DNA of 64,000 bases, from contig QFQX01000023.1 in NCBI GenBank assembly GCA_003248775.1, forward strand, positions 940 to 64,939, given 5' to 3'. The notes under the pieces are model-generated. The model was given only the letters and a program-made list of their open reading frames with translations, was not told where the DNA came from and did no database searches. The first letter of the stretch is position 1. Each line of letters starts with the position of its first letter. This stretch comes from Shinella sp. GTDB taxonomy: Bacteria; Pseudomonadota; Alphaproteobacteria; Rhizobiales; Rhizobiaceae. Below are positions 10,881-19,711 of the stretch, in pieces. A program made the translations under genes and the position numbers.

Positions 10881-12056
10881 TCAGATCTTCAGGCCCGGAA
10901 TGGCCAGCGGGTTATCTTCCAATGCGGCCCTGTCCGGCCGGTCGATCGCGGGGCGTCCGGTAAACGCATCGAACAATTCCCGCACGTAGGTTTCCGGAAG
11001 ATCCTTGGTGATCAGCACCAGACGGGTGCGCCGGTCGGACGGATCGGGCCAGGCCGGCAGGCGAACCGGCGGTGGGAAGATCGACTGCACCCCATGCAGG
11101 ACCACCGGACAATCCGGCCTGTCGGTCAGCGCCACCACCGCCTTCATACGTAAAAGCTTCTCTCCATGGGCCGAACGAAGAATGTCGAGAAACATCTCCA
11201 GCGCCATCGGATCGATCGGCCGGTCATGAATGATCGAATAGGACCGGATGTCATCACCGTGCCTGTTCACATCGTGGTGATGATGGTACCCATGATGGCG
11301 GTGATGCCCATGGTCATGGTGATGTTCGTGACCTTGGTGCTCATGTTCGTGATGGTCATGGCCGTGGTCATGCTCCGCCGCTATTTCGTCCTTCAACCAG
11401 CGATCGACATCGGCGATCTTCGTCGCCGGATCGTAGAGCCCGTTAACGAGAACCTCGGCCTTTCCGGCCTCTTCGCTGTCGCCATCGGTGATGACGGCGC
11501 GAGGATTGAGTTCCCTCAGCCGGGTGACAAGTGCGTCGATCGTCGTGGCGTCTACGAGCGTCTTTTTCGTCAGGAGCAGCCGGTCGGCGACCGACGCCTG
11601 TCGCAAGGCTTCGGAGAAACCTTCAAGCGTTTTCAGGCCATTGACCGCATCGACGACGGTTATCACGCCATCGAGGTCGAAATGCTGGCTGATCGCCGGA
11701 TGTCCCATGACGGATTGCATGACGGGTGCCGGATCGGCAAGACCGGTCGTCTCGATCACAACCCGCGAGATCGGTTTCAGCTTTCCGGTCTGCATGCCAT
11801 CGATCAGCATGGCGAGCGTCTCGACCAGTTCGCCGCGCACCGTGCAGCAAAGGCATCCATCCGCAAGTTCGATGACCGAGTCATTCGAGGCCTCGACCAG
11901 CATGTGGTCGATTCCTACCTCGCCGAACTCGTTGATGATGACGGCGGCGTCCTTCATCGCCGGATCCTTCAGGATCCGATTGAGAAGCGTCGACTTTCCG
12001 GCACCGAGGAAGCCGGTGATGATCGAGACCGGAATACGGCCTTTTGCAAGCGACAT
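10881..12056 (-). CDS. CobW/COG0523-family metallochaperone GTPase with His-rich insert
   Basis: GFLGAGKSTLLN Walker A, CLCC metal motif (DGCLCCTVRGE) and a His-rich stretch EHDHGHDHHEHEHQGHEHHHDHGHHRHHGYHHHH. Confidence 0.85.
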   Translation of the reverse strand: MSLAKGRIPVSIITGFLGAGKSTLLNRILKDPAMKDAAVIINEFGEVGIDHMLVEASNDSVIELADGCLCCTVRGELVETLAMLIDGMQTGKLKPISRVVIETTGLADPAPVMQSVMGHPAISQHFDLDGVITVVDAVNGLKTLEGFSEALRQASVADRLLLTKKTLVDATTIDALVTRLRELNPRAVITDGDSEEAGKAEVLVNGLYDPATKIADVDRWLKDEIAAEHDHGHDHHEHEHQGHEHHHDHGHHRHHGYHHHHDVNRHGDDIRSYSIIHDRPIDPMALEMFLDILRSAHGEKLLRMKAVVALTDRPDCPVVLHGVQSIFPPPVRLPAWPDPSDRRTRLVLITKDLPETYVRELFDAFTGRPAIDRPDRAALEDNPLAIPGLKI

Positions 12057-12070
12057 GGTATCTCTCGAAA

Positions 12071-13231
12071 TCAGAAGGTCGGCCGCGGCTTCGGGATCGG
12101 CACGTTGGCGATTTCCGCGACATCGGCACCACCGGGCTTCGTGGCCGCGGGTTCGCTGCCAGGGAGAAGACCCGCGAAGACTGTGCGCGGCGGCCGCCCC
12201 ATTTCGTGGATATAGGGCGAACGCAGCTTCATGCGCCCGGCCTCGTCACGACCTTCACTGCGCTCTACCCGAGCCTTAGGGTTGCAGACTTCCGCGCTGA
12301 TGTCGGTTACGCCACCGGAGACATCGCCATAGGGCTGCATCGTATCGAGACGCGGGCCGGAACCGCCCGATGTCGTCAACGCTTTCTGCAGCAGTTCGGC
12401 CGAAACGTCGGCGCGCCCGCCAAGACTGTCGGCACCGAGAACGACGGACACCACGGTCCGGCCATTGCGAGTGGCCGAGGAAACCTGGTTGAAGCCGGAG
12501 GCACAGATATAGCCCGTCTTCATGCCGTCCGCGCCGTCGAAACGGCCGATCAGCAGGTTGTAGTTAGGATATTCCTTCTTGCCGGTATTGATGCCTTCCA
12601 GCGAGAAATAGCCGGCATATTCCGGAAACTGCCGCCGCAACGCAACCGCCAGGATCGCAAGGTCACGCGCCGTCGTATACTGGCCCTTGCCCGGCAAACC
12701 GTTGGGATTGATGAAATGCGAAGAGGTCATGCCGAGGCTCAAAGCATCCGCGTTCATGCGAGCGACAAAGCCATCGAGCGACCCGCCGACCCGCTCGCCG
12801 ATGGCAACCGCGATGTCGTTCGCCGACTTGACCAGCATGATCTTCAGCGCGCTGTCGAGCGTCATTTGAGCGCCCGGCTTGTAATACATCTTGCTTGCCG
12901 GCTGATCGGCAGCGATCTTGCTCATCGTCACGATGCTTTCCAGCGAAACCTCGCCGGCTCGGATCGCCTTGAATGTAGAATAGGCGGTCATCATCTTGGT
13001 GAGCGAAGCGGGATACCATTTGCGAAATGCATCCTCATGCTCGATCACCCGGCCAGTGGCGACGTCGACCACCATCGTCGGATTGGCATGGGAGAGCGTC
13101 GGAAACGCCACTGTCAGCGCACAGAAAAAGGCTGCCAGCTTACGGCTGCTCAACTGGGTCTTCTGCACGGTGGAATACTTCGTCGACACGATCAGTCCTC
13201 TTAGGATGCGGATGAGTCTCGCAAATGGCAA
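12071..13231 (-). CDS. D-alanyl-D-alanine carboxypeptidase (PBP5/6, S11 family)
   Basis: SxxK (ASLTKMMT), SxN (KSANDIA) and KTG (MKTGYI) motifs plus a signal peptide. Exact start uncertain. Confidence 0.85.
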   Translation of the reverse strand: MPFARLIRILRGLIVSTKYSTVQKTQLSSRKLAAFFCALTVAFPTLSHANPTMVVDVATGRVIEHEDAFRKWYPASLTKMMTAYSTFKAIRAGEVSLESIVTMSKIAADQPASKMYYKPGAQMTLDSALKIMLVKSANDIAVAIGERVGGSLDGFVARMNADALSLGMTSSHFINPNGLPGKGQYTTARDLAILAVALRRQFPEYAGYFSLEGINTGKKEYPNYNLLIGRFDGADGMKTGYICASGFNQVSSATRNGRTVVSVVLGADSLGGRADVSAELLQKALTTSGGSGPRLDTMQPYGDVSGGVTDISAEVCNPKARVERSEGRDEAGRMKLRSPYIHEMGRPPRTVFAGLLPGSEPAATKPGGADVAEIANVPIPKPRPTF

Positions 13232-13346
13232 TTATTTGCCCTATGACTTCAAGCAATGGCAAAGCCCATTGAATACGTCAATCTTGAGGCGCGCATTCCC
13301 GCGCCAGTCCAAGCAATACTCTGAAATCGTCGAGCAGGAAAGCAAC

Positions 13347-14510
13347 ATGCCGATATTGAACCGCGCTGCCGAACTCCAGGCGGAGGTCAGCGAATGGCGT
13401 CGCCATCTTCATGCCAATCCGGAAATTCTCTACGATGTCGAAAACACCGCGGCCTTCGTCGCGGAAAAGCTCAGGGAATTCGGTGTCGACGAAATCGTAA
13501 CGGGGCTGGGCAGGACAGGGGTTGTGGGCGTCATCAAGGGCCGTGGCGAAAGCAACCGCTCCATTGGCCTGCGCGCCGACATGGATGCATTACCGATCGA
13601 GGAGATCAGCGGCAAGCCCTGGGCATCGAAGTTCGCGGGCAGGATGCATGCCTGCGGTCATGACGGCCACACGGCCATGCTCCTGGGCGCGGCAAAATAT
13701 CTCGCCGAAACCCGCAATTTCAACGGCCGGATCATCGTCATCTTTCAGCCGGCGGAAGAAGGCGGCGCAGGCGCGCTCGCCATGGTCCAAGACGGACTGA
13801 TGGAACGTTTCGGCATCGAGGAAGTCTACGGCATGCACAACATGCCGGGCCAACCGGTCGGCACCTTCTCGATCCGCAAGGGCGGCATCATGGCCGCCCC
13901 GGACAAGTTCTTCATCACCATCAAGGGGCGCGGCGGCCACGCGGCCGAACCGCACAACACTGTGGACCCGATCACCATCGGCGCCCAGATCGTCACCAAC
14001 CTGCAACTGATCACCGCGCGCAACGCCAACCCGATCCGTTCTGTCGTGGTTTCCGTCACCCGCTTCAACGCCGGCACGACCCACAACATCATCCCGGAAG
14101 AGGCTTCCCTGACCGGCACCGTCCGTTCACTCGATGAAAATGTCCGCGATCTCGCCGAAAAGCGCATCCATGAAATTGCCCAGGGCCTCGCCGCCGCCAA
14201 CGGGGCGGTGGCGGAAGTCGTCTACGAACGCGCCTGCCCGGTCACGGTCAACCATCCTCAAGAGACCGAACATGCCGCACGCGCCGCCATGGATGTCGCC
14301 GGCAAGGACAAGGTCAATACCGAGGTCGATCCCTCGATGGCCGGCGAGGATTTCGCCTTCATGCTGCAATCGAGGCCCGGCGCCTACATCATGATCGGCC
14401 ACGGCGACACCCCCGGCCTGCACAACCCGGCCTACGACTTCAACGACGAGGTTCTGGCCTACGGCATATCCTATTGGGTCAAGCTCGCCGAACAACGGCT
14501 GACCGACTGA
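13347..14510 (+). CDS. M20 family amidohydrolase (hippurate hydrolase / N-acyl-amino acid amidohydrolase type)
   Basis: MPILNRAAELQAEVSEWRRHLHANPE..., MHACGHDGH metal-binding motif. Start at the ATG at 13347 within the longer ORF. Confidence 0.85.
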   Translation: MPILNRAAELQAEVSEWRRHLHANPEILYDVENTAAFVAEKLREFGVDEIVTGLGRTGVVGVIKGRGESNRSIGLRADMDALPIEEISGKPWASKFAGRMHACGHDGHTAMLLGAAKYLAETRNFNGRIIVIFQPAEEGGAGALAMVQDGLMERFGIEEVYGMHNMPGQPVGTFSIRKGGIMAAPDKFFITIKGRGGHAAEPHNTVDPITIGAQIVTNLQLITARNANPIRSVVVSVTRFNAGTTHNIIPEEASLTGTVRSLDENVRDLAEKRIHEIAQGLAAANGAVAEVVYERACPVTVNHPQETEHAARAAMDVAGKDKVNTEVDPSMAGEDFAFMLQSRPGAYIMIGHGDTPGLHNPAYDFNDEVLAYGISYWVKLAEQRLTD

Positions 14511-14575
14511 AGCGGGCGCTGCGATCGGAAAAAGGCTTGGCTTCCCGCCCGGCCTTTTGTATGGATGCGTCAAGT

Positions 14576-14652
14576 GGTCCCGTAGCTCAGCAGGATAGAG
14601 CACCAGATTCCTAATCTGGGGGTCGCGCGTTCGAATCGCGCCGGGATCACCA
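14576..14652 (+). tRNA. tRNA-Arg (anticodon CCT)
   Basis: Hand-folded cloverleaf. Acceptor GGTCCCG/CGGGATC, anticodon stem CCAGA/TCTGG with loop TTCCTAA (CCT), T-arm GCGCG-TTCGAAT-CGCGC, encoded CCA. Confidence 0.9.
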
Positions 14653-14654
14653 TT
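14608..14654 (+). repeat. att direct repeat copy 1 (47 bp, inside tRNA-Arg 3' part)
   Basis: ttcctaatctgggggtcgcgcgttcgaatcgcgccgggatcaccatt is identical to 26747-26793. The flanking bases differ on both sides. Confidence 0.95.
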
Positions 14655-15741
14655 ACTTAGCTTCATGTCCTACTTCCTGTTTTGCAGCCCGTTTTGCAAA
14701 ATCTGTTTCCAAGACGTTCTCGAACTTGGCGATGGCGTTGTCCGCCATGGTGCTGGTACGAGCCAGGTACCTGTCCAAAATGTCCTGTGCGCGCTTGAGT
14801 GAATGGCCTGTGACGGAGACGATTTCCCCGAGATTGCATCCGGCCTGAAAAAGCATGGTTACTGTCGTTCCGCGAATGTCGTGGAAGTGAAGATCGGCTA
14901 TGCCAGCCTCCTTGCACGTCGCCTCCCACAGCTCCGCCAGATAGCGCTTCTTGAAGGCGCGCCCGGTCTTGGTGGTTAGGATCAGCGGGGAGCACTTCTG
15001 CAGACCGTCCAGCGTCTCCTTCAGGGCCTTCGTGCATTTGATCGTCACGAGCCGCCCTTCCAGCTTACCGCGCCGCGCCTTGCCCTGCCGGAGAACGATA
15101 TGAGTGCCGTTATAGGCGCTCCAGGGAAGAGTGAGCAGATCGCCCTGCCGCTGCCCCGTGTGGAGTGCGAGGACCAGAGCTAACTTCAGCTCCGGTGCAG
15201 CCACCGCCATGAAGGCATCAACGTGCTCCGGAAGCCAGATCATTTCGGACCGGTCACCCTGATAGGCGCGCTCGAACCCGTCGAGAACGTTCACCTTCAG
15301 AGGACCATCTTTCGCCGCCCACGAAAGAACACGCGCCAAAACGGTCACACGGTTGTCAGCCTCGCGGGGCTTTTCTTCGGAAAACTGATCGTGCCACTTG
15401 ATGACATCGCGACGGAATGCCTTATCCTCGAGCGCGGCATGCGGGCATGAGCCATACTTCACTTCCCAAAACTTGAAGATGCGACGGTACTCAGAGCGCG
15501 TCGAATCAGCGAGCTTCCGCCACTGCTTCGTTTCTTCAAAGTCGCGCATTAGGCCGCCCAATGTGCCGGCATCACGTTTTCGTGCCCGCGCTTCCGCAGT
15601 AGCGATCGACGCGATGAATGCTGGCGACCCAGGCTCTCCAGAGAGAGGCGCCCCTGTGGCACGATGGTAATAGTAGGTCTTGATGGTACCGTCAGCGAGT
15701 TCACGCGTCACCTTGTTGATACCTTTGAGCCTAGCCAGCAT
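14653..15741 (-). CDS. int: tyrosine integrase
   Basis: C-terminal catalytic region HFHDIRGTTVTMLFQAGCNLGEIVSVTGHSLKRAQDILDRYLART (HxxR ... H ... Y). The stop codon overlaps the end of the att repeat. Start taken at the ATG at 15739-15741. Confidence 0.9.
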   Translation of the reverse strand: MLARLKGINKVTRELADGTIKTYYYHRATGAPLSGEPGSPAFIASIATAEARARKRDAGTLGGLMRDFEETKQWRKLADSTRSEYRRIFKFWEVKYGSCPHAALEDKAFRRDVIKWHDQFSEEKPREADNRVTVLARVLSWAAKDGPLKVNVLDGFERAYQGDRSEMIWLPEHVDAFMAVAAPELKLALVLALHTGQRQGDLLTLPWSAYNGTHIVLRQGKARRGKLEGRLVTIKCTKALKETLDGLQKCSPLILTTKTGRAFKKRYLAELWEATCKEAGIADLHFHDIRGTTVTMLFQAGCNLGEIVSVTGHSLKRAQDILDRYLARTSTMADNAIAKFENVLETDFAKRAAKQEVGHEAK

Positions 15742-15931
15742 TGTCTGCTTTCCATTGCTCGAAAGGCGACGCGGAAGCATCTACAACTGGAGAGGACCCG
15801 TCTTCGCCGATAAACTCGGTTCTTCCGTCGGGATGGTTGATGAACCGCGCCCTTGAATAACCCGCCGCCCGGGCGGCCTTAAAAAGGCTATTCGCGTCAG
15901 ACTGGAGGATGATAGACTGCCGTTTTGCCAT
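15731..15931 (-). CDS. small hypothetical protein (66 aa) overlapping the integrase start
   Basis: Internal ATG gives MAKRQSIILQSDANSLFKAARAAGYSRARFINHPDGRTEF.... Its 3' end overlaps the int start by 11 nt. No recognised motif. Confidence 0.4.
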   Translation of the reverse strand: MAKRQSIILQSDANSLFKAARAAGYSRARFINHPDGRTEFIGEDGSSPVVDASASPFEQWKADNAG

Positions 15932-16048
15932 TGACCCGTTCCTGTCGCTTAAAAGTGCGACCCCCGACGAAGCCGGGAATCGCGAGGGCGACGCGATATA
16001 CTTGCGCCACCAGGAGAACGATGACGGCACCAATGTCATCGAATTCAG

Positions 16049-16369
16049 TCAGTTCTTGATTCGAACCTCGATGGAGGTTGCATCGGAAGCTGCAGGGGAA
16101 GTGGCGTGTCCCACAAGGGTGTTTCCGCTAGCCGTGGCGGTGATCGCGGCTCCGGTCCAGTATGCCGCCGCACCTTCAGCCAAGCTCGTGCCCGCCGCCT
16201 TCGGAAGGCTGAATACACCCTCCAGCGCGACGGCAACCTTCTCGCCTTCCAGTGCCGCCTTGGTGGCAACGCCGAACAGGGCGCCGAACATTTTTGCCTG
16301 CCCCGAGGAAAGTCCCCCGGAAGGGGCTGTAAGGTCGATTGTATGACCGGGTTTGATGTAGTTTTTCAT
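16049..16369 (-). CDS. DUF2190-family phage head protein (decoration-like)
   Basis: MKNYIKPGHTIDLTAPSGGLSSGQ...FGVA...VFSLPKA...YW... follows the pattern I recall for DUF2190 phage proteins. Sits in the head module. Confidence 0.7.
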   Translation of the reverse strand: MKNYIKPGHTIDLTAPSGGLSSGQAKMFGALFGVATKAALEGEKVAVALEGVFSLPKAAGTSLAEGAAAYWTGAAITATASGNTLVGHATSPAASDATSIEVRIKN

Positions 16370-16596
16370 CTTCGATATCCTTTGACACCTTGAATGTTGA
16401 CGATGCGCGGAGCCCCGCCGAGAATGGCGGCGATCCGCCGTTCCACGTCAGCCAGTGCGGCCGCAAGTTCGCTGTCAGTGCGGAATTCCACTTCCTGATG
16501 CATGACAGGGGAGTGGAGAACCGCCCGCTTAAGCCCGCCAGCGCGGGCTTTGATGAGCTTGTCGCGAAACTCCTGAAGCTCTGCGAGTGTGATCAT
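16366..16596 (-). CDS. gpW-like head-tail joining protein
   Basis: 76 aa MITLAELQEFRDKLIKARAGG...EVEFRTDSELAAALADVERRIAAI mirrors the lambda gpW pattern (ELxxxRxxL...G...VEF...L..YI..LE..I). 4-nt and 1-nt overlaps with its neighbours. Confidence 0.6.
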   Translation of the reverse strand: MITLAELQEFRDKLIKARAGGLKRAVLHSPVMHQEVEFRTDSELAAALADVERRIAAILGGAPRIVNIQGVKGYRR

Positions 16597-18386
16597 TAGC
16601 TACCAGCCGCATGATCGAGCCGGGTCCAGGACCGCCATTCCAGCCAACCCAAACCAAAATCCTGCCGGATCTTGAAGTCGATGTTGTCGGTATCGAAGTT
16701 CTGCCGGCTGTCGGTGAAGGGCGCTTCATTGCCGCGAAGGAAGACGCGCGTCGCACCGTCCATTTTGGCGGGCTCCACCGCAAGCCAGCTCTTGGCAGAG
16801 TTGGTCAGGCGGGGTTCAACGATAATCTGGAGCTTGCCAGCAAGCGGGTTGACATCGGCGATAGAACTGGCCGTCACGCTGGCGAGGATGCGAACAGCCG
16901 TTTCTTCGTAGTCAGAATGGACAAGCCAGTGAGTGGGGTATTCCCCGATCATCACGTCGCCTTTGCCTTTCCGTTTCGCCATCTTCGAACGGAAACCCAT
17001 GATGTCGGCGATATAGCTCGCGGCATCCTGTGTGAAGGTCTCGATGTTGCCCCGGCTGGCGTGAAAGACAGGGTTGCCGTCCGCCATCGCCGGGCCTGCA
17101 AAACTCGTCTGCACCAGGAACGCGACCTGCCGGTCAGCGATGTCGGCCGCGAGCCGCTTGCCGTATTTCTGTCCCATGTTGCCGAGCCGCGCGCCCGCGT
17201 TGATCGACAACTCGCGGGTAATGCCGGTCACGCCACCGATTGTGTGGACGAAAACCGTCTCGCCGCTCTCATCGACATAGGAGGCGCGATAGGTTCCGTT
17301 CTCCAGCTTGTCACCAACGGCGAGCGTGGTCCAATCGACCATGCCGACAGTTTCCTTGTTGAAACTCGCGACCGTCGTACGCCCGAACAATGCTGACACC
17401 GGCGAAGCTTGCGCCTCATATTCCCGCCGCATTGAGAGATTGAAAGTTGCACCGGCGATGATCGCGTAGTCGCTGGTCGCCGCCGCGTTCCGCCTCACCA
17501 TGTCGTCAGAAAGACCCGTCAGATTTTCACCGGCGTTGCGAAGTAGGCGCCGAGCGAAAGCGGCCTCGCCGTCCGCGAAGACGGAAGCCGCCGCGCCCTG
17601 CGGCTGTTCGTTGCGGTTCATTGCATCGAAAGCCTCGATGGCGGCACGGCGGAGAACCTGCGGATTGTCGAGCGTTTCGTCATTGTGATTGGAAGCGGTG
17701 CGTACCGTGGGCTTGGCGTTGAGCGTGGCCAGCATGGTCTGCATCTTCTGTTCTGTCGTGGCATCGGTCGCGAGCACCGCATCGATCACCGTGTCCGCAA
17801 CGCCGGCCGCTTTCGCGAGGCTGCGGAGCTGCACATCATTTGCTTCCGAGGTATCGTCGTTTTCGCCCGGAACAGGATTGGCCTGCGGCATTGTCTGATT
17901 CCTTATCGTTGAGAGGGGGTCAGCCGGATTGACCACAAGCGAGCCTTCGACCAGCCGTCCGGCAAGGGCTGTCCGCATTTTCTTGCCCGATACCGGGTCT
18001 TTTCCATCGCGCCATTTCGTTACCGCGAAGGCGATCGAGAAAGCCGTCTGCACGCCGTCTTTGATGTTGGCGGCAAGGGCTTCGTTGTCGGTCCTGCTGG
18101 AAAGTGTGGCATCGGCGGTTACTGCGCGGGTGCCGTCCGTCAAGGTTTCGAGACGGAAGTTCGTCAGTCGCCCGATGGTGTCGCGAACGCTGGTGGAGTG
18201 ATCAGTCTGCAGAGGCAGACTTTGCGGCAGGCCGGCCGCAAAGAAGCTGTCGATGTCGATCACCTCGACATATGCCCCGCGATCTACATTGCCACCGGTG
18301 GCGGCAACCACAGTGAAGGTGCGAGTTTCGGGATTGAAGCTGTTCGGGCGGGCCTGCGCCTGAAACCGGCGAACCGTATGCGTCAT
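16596..18386 (-). CDS. prohead protease - major capsid protein fusion
   Basis: 596 aa. The N-terminus has an HK97/S78-type prohead protease signature (PLQTDHSTSVRDTIGRLTNF). The C-terminal ~330 aa resemble a capsid protein (Mu gpT/HK97-like). Overlaps the portal stop by 4 nt. Confidence 0.7.
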   Translation of the reverse strand: MTHTVRRFQAQARPNSFNPETRTFTVVAATGGNVDRGAYVEVIDIDSFFAAGLPQSLPLQTDHSTSVRDTIGRLTNFRLETLTDGTRAVTADATLSSRTDNEALAANIKDGVQTAFSIAFAVTKWRDGKDPVSGKKMRTALAGRLVEGSLVVNPADPLSTIRNQTMPQANPVPGENDDTSEANDVQLRSLAKAAGVADTVIDAVLATDATTEQKMQTMLATLNAKPTVRTASNHNDETLDNPQVLRRAAIEAFDAMNRNEQPQGAAASVFADGEAAFARRLLRNAGENLTGLSDDMVRRNAAATSDYAIIAGATFNLSMRREYEAQASPVSALFGRTTVASFNKETVGMVDWTTLAVGDKLENGTYRASYVDESGETVFVHTIGGVTGITRELSINAGARLGNMGQKYGKRLAADIADRQVAFLVQTSFAGPAMADGNPVFHASRGNIETFTQDAASYIADIMGFRSKMAKRKGKGDVMIGEYPTHWLVHSDYEETAVRILASVTASSIADVNPLAGKLQIIVEPRLTNSAKSWLAVEPAKMDGATRVFLRGNEAPFTDSRQNFDTDNIDFKIRQDFGLGWLEWRSWTRLDHAAGS

Positions 18387-19708
18387 GGCGTTTCGGTTTC
18401 CTTCTGCTGGGATTTGTTGGAAGAAGCTGCCGCGGAGGCAGGTTGGAATTCATCCGCCTCGATCTCTGCGCTGACAGCGGTGAAATCCCGGCCCCGACCT
18501 TCGATGACTTCCTTGCGGGACTTGAGGCCAGCCTGCACAAGCGCAATATCCGCGTTGGCTTCCTTCTCCCGGTCGATCTCCGGCCAGGTCGGCTCGATCC
18601 ATTTCGGGGAAGGGACCTCGATGTTTCGGCCCTTCAATTGTTCGATGGCGCGCCAGCGATTGAAGACCGGGAAGAGAAAACCGTCGATCAGCAACACCTT
18701 GCGGCGTGTCTCCGCTTTGCGGCGAGCGGTCAGCGCCCCGGCGCGATAGCTGGAGTAGTTTACGCCGGACAGGTCGCCGGTCATGTCCTCGTAGGTTACG
18801 CCAATGGCGGCAGCGCATTGGTGATAGATCAGTTTCAGGAAGGCAGGCAGATCACCCGCATCACCGCCCTGTGCGCTGCTGATCTCCTCTCCAGGGTTCA
18901 ACCGCACCAGTGCGCCGGGCTCGAGACTGGGGCGTGCGTCGCCAAAAATATCGGAACCGTCAGGCGATGTCAGAAAGGCGGTGAACAATGCCGAAACTTG
19001 AAGCTTCTTCAAACCGGCCTCTGTGGCGACGGAGGCGGTATTGACGGAAGTGAGGATCGGGGTCAGCGGCGAAATGCCCCGGACCTGTCCAGCATATTCC
19101 CGCTCGAACACGTGGATGACATCGCCGGCCTCGAAACGCTGCGATTGCATGATCCGGATGAAAGGATCATCTGGCGCATTCGGAAGCAGCCAGTAAGCGA
19201 CCCGGCGATCAAAGGCATCCAGCTCTACCCCTGCAATAATACGGTTGCCATCGCCGAGATCCTCGTTACGGCTACGGTCAAGCTGCTCAGGGTTCAGCAG
19301 ATGAACTGCGAACTCCCCGTCAATGACCGTCAGCAGTGCGAGAGCCTCGCCGGTCGTTACCCAAGAACGAATGGTGGCCTGCTGGAGCGCGGTCAGAGAA
19401 AGCAGGCGGGATGGATCAAATCGACCGTTATTAAATTCGGCATCGAGCACCTCGTCTGAGGTGTTCAGCCGAGTGCCGATTCCAACGACCATACTGACAA
19501 TAGTCTCCAGCGCCGAAGAGACAACGGGATCGTTCTTTGCCAACCCCGCTACTCGTTGGCCGACCACCTGCGCGCTTGCAAGCACGTCCCGGTTCGGAGA
19601 CGGCATACGCGGATCGTCCGGCCAGACCGCTGCTGCGTTCATGCTACGAGCATGATTTGCTGCGGATTTGTTCTTTCGGCGAATGAACCCGAGCATGTCG
19701 AACTCCAT
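18383..19708 (-). CDS. phage portal protein, lambda family
   Basis: 441 aa with lambda gpB-type features (GVNYSSYRAGALTARRKAETRRK..., WPEIDREKEANADIALVQAGLKSRKEVIEGRG). Confidence 0.85.
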   Translation of the reverse strand: MEFDMLGFIRRKNKSAANHARSMNAAAVWPDDPRMPSPNRDVLASAQVVGQRVAGLAKNDPVVSSALETIVSMVVGIGTRLNTSDEVLDAEFNNGRFDPSRLLSLTALQQATIRSWVTTGEALALLTVIDGEFAVHLLNPEQLDRSRNEDLGDGNRIIAGVELDAFDRRVAYWLLPNAPDDPFIRIMQSQRFEAGDVIHVFEREYAGQVRGISPLTPILTSVNTASVATEAGLKKLQVSALFTAFLTSPDGSDIFGDARPSLEPGALVRLNPGEEISSAQGGDAGDLPAFLKLIYHQCAAAIGVTYEDMTGDLSGVNYSSYRAGALTARRKAETRRKVLLIDGFLFPVFNRWRAIEQLKGRNIEVPSPKWIEPTWPEIDREKEANADIALVQAGLKSRKEVIEGRGRDFTAVSAEIEADEFQPASAAASSNKSQQKETETP

Positions 19709-19711
19709 GGA

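Noticed and set aside
11230-11370. Repetitive CAT/GTG-rich DNA that looks like a tandem repeat
   Set aside because: It is the coding sequence of the His-rich insert of the COG0523 GTPase, so it is coding low complexity and not a non-coding repeat.
13232-13346. Possible Zur box or palindrome (GGCAA-ttat-TTGCC) in the divergent dac/M20 intergenic region
   Set aside because: It has only 5-bp arms and does not resemble the AT-rich Zur/Fur-type dyads I know. This is insufficient to call a regulatory site.
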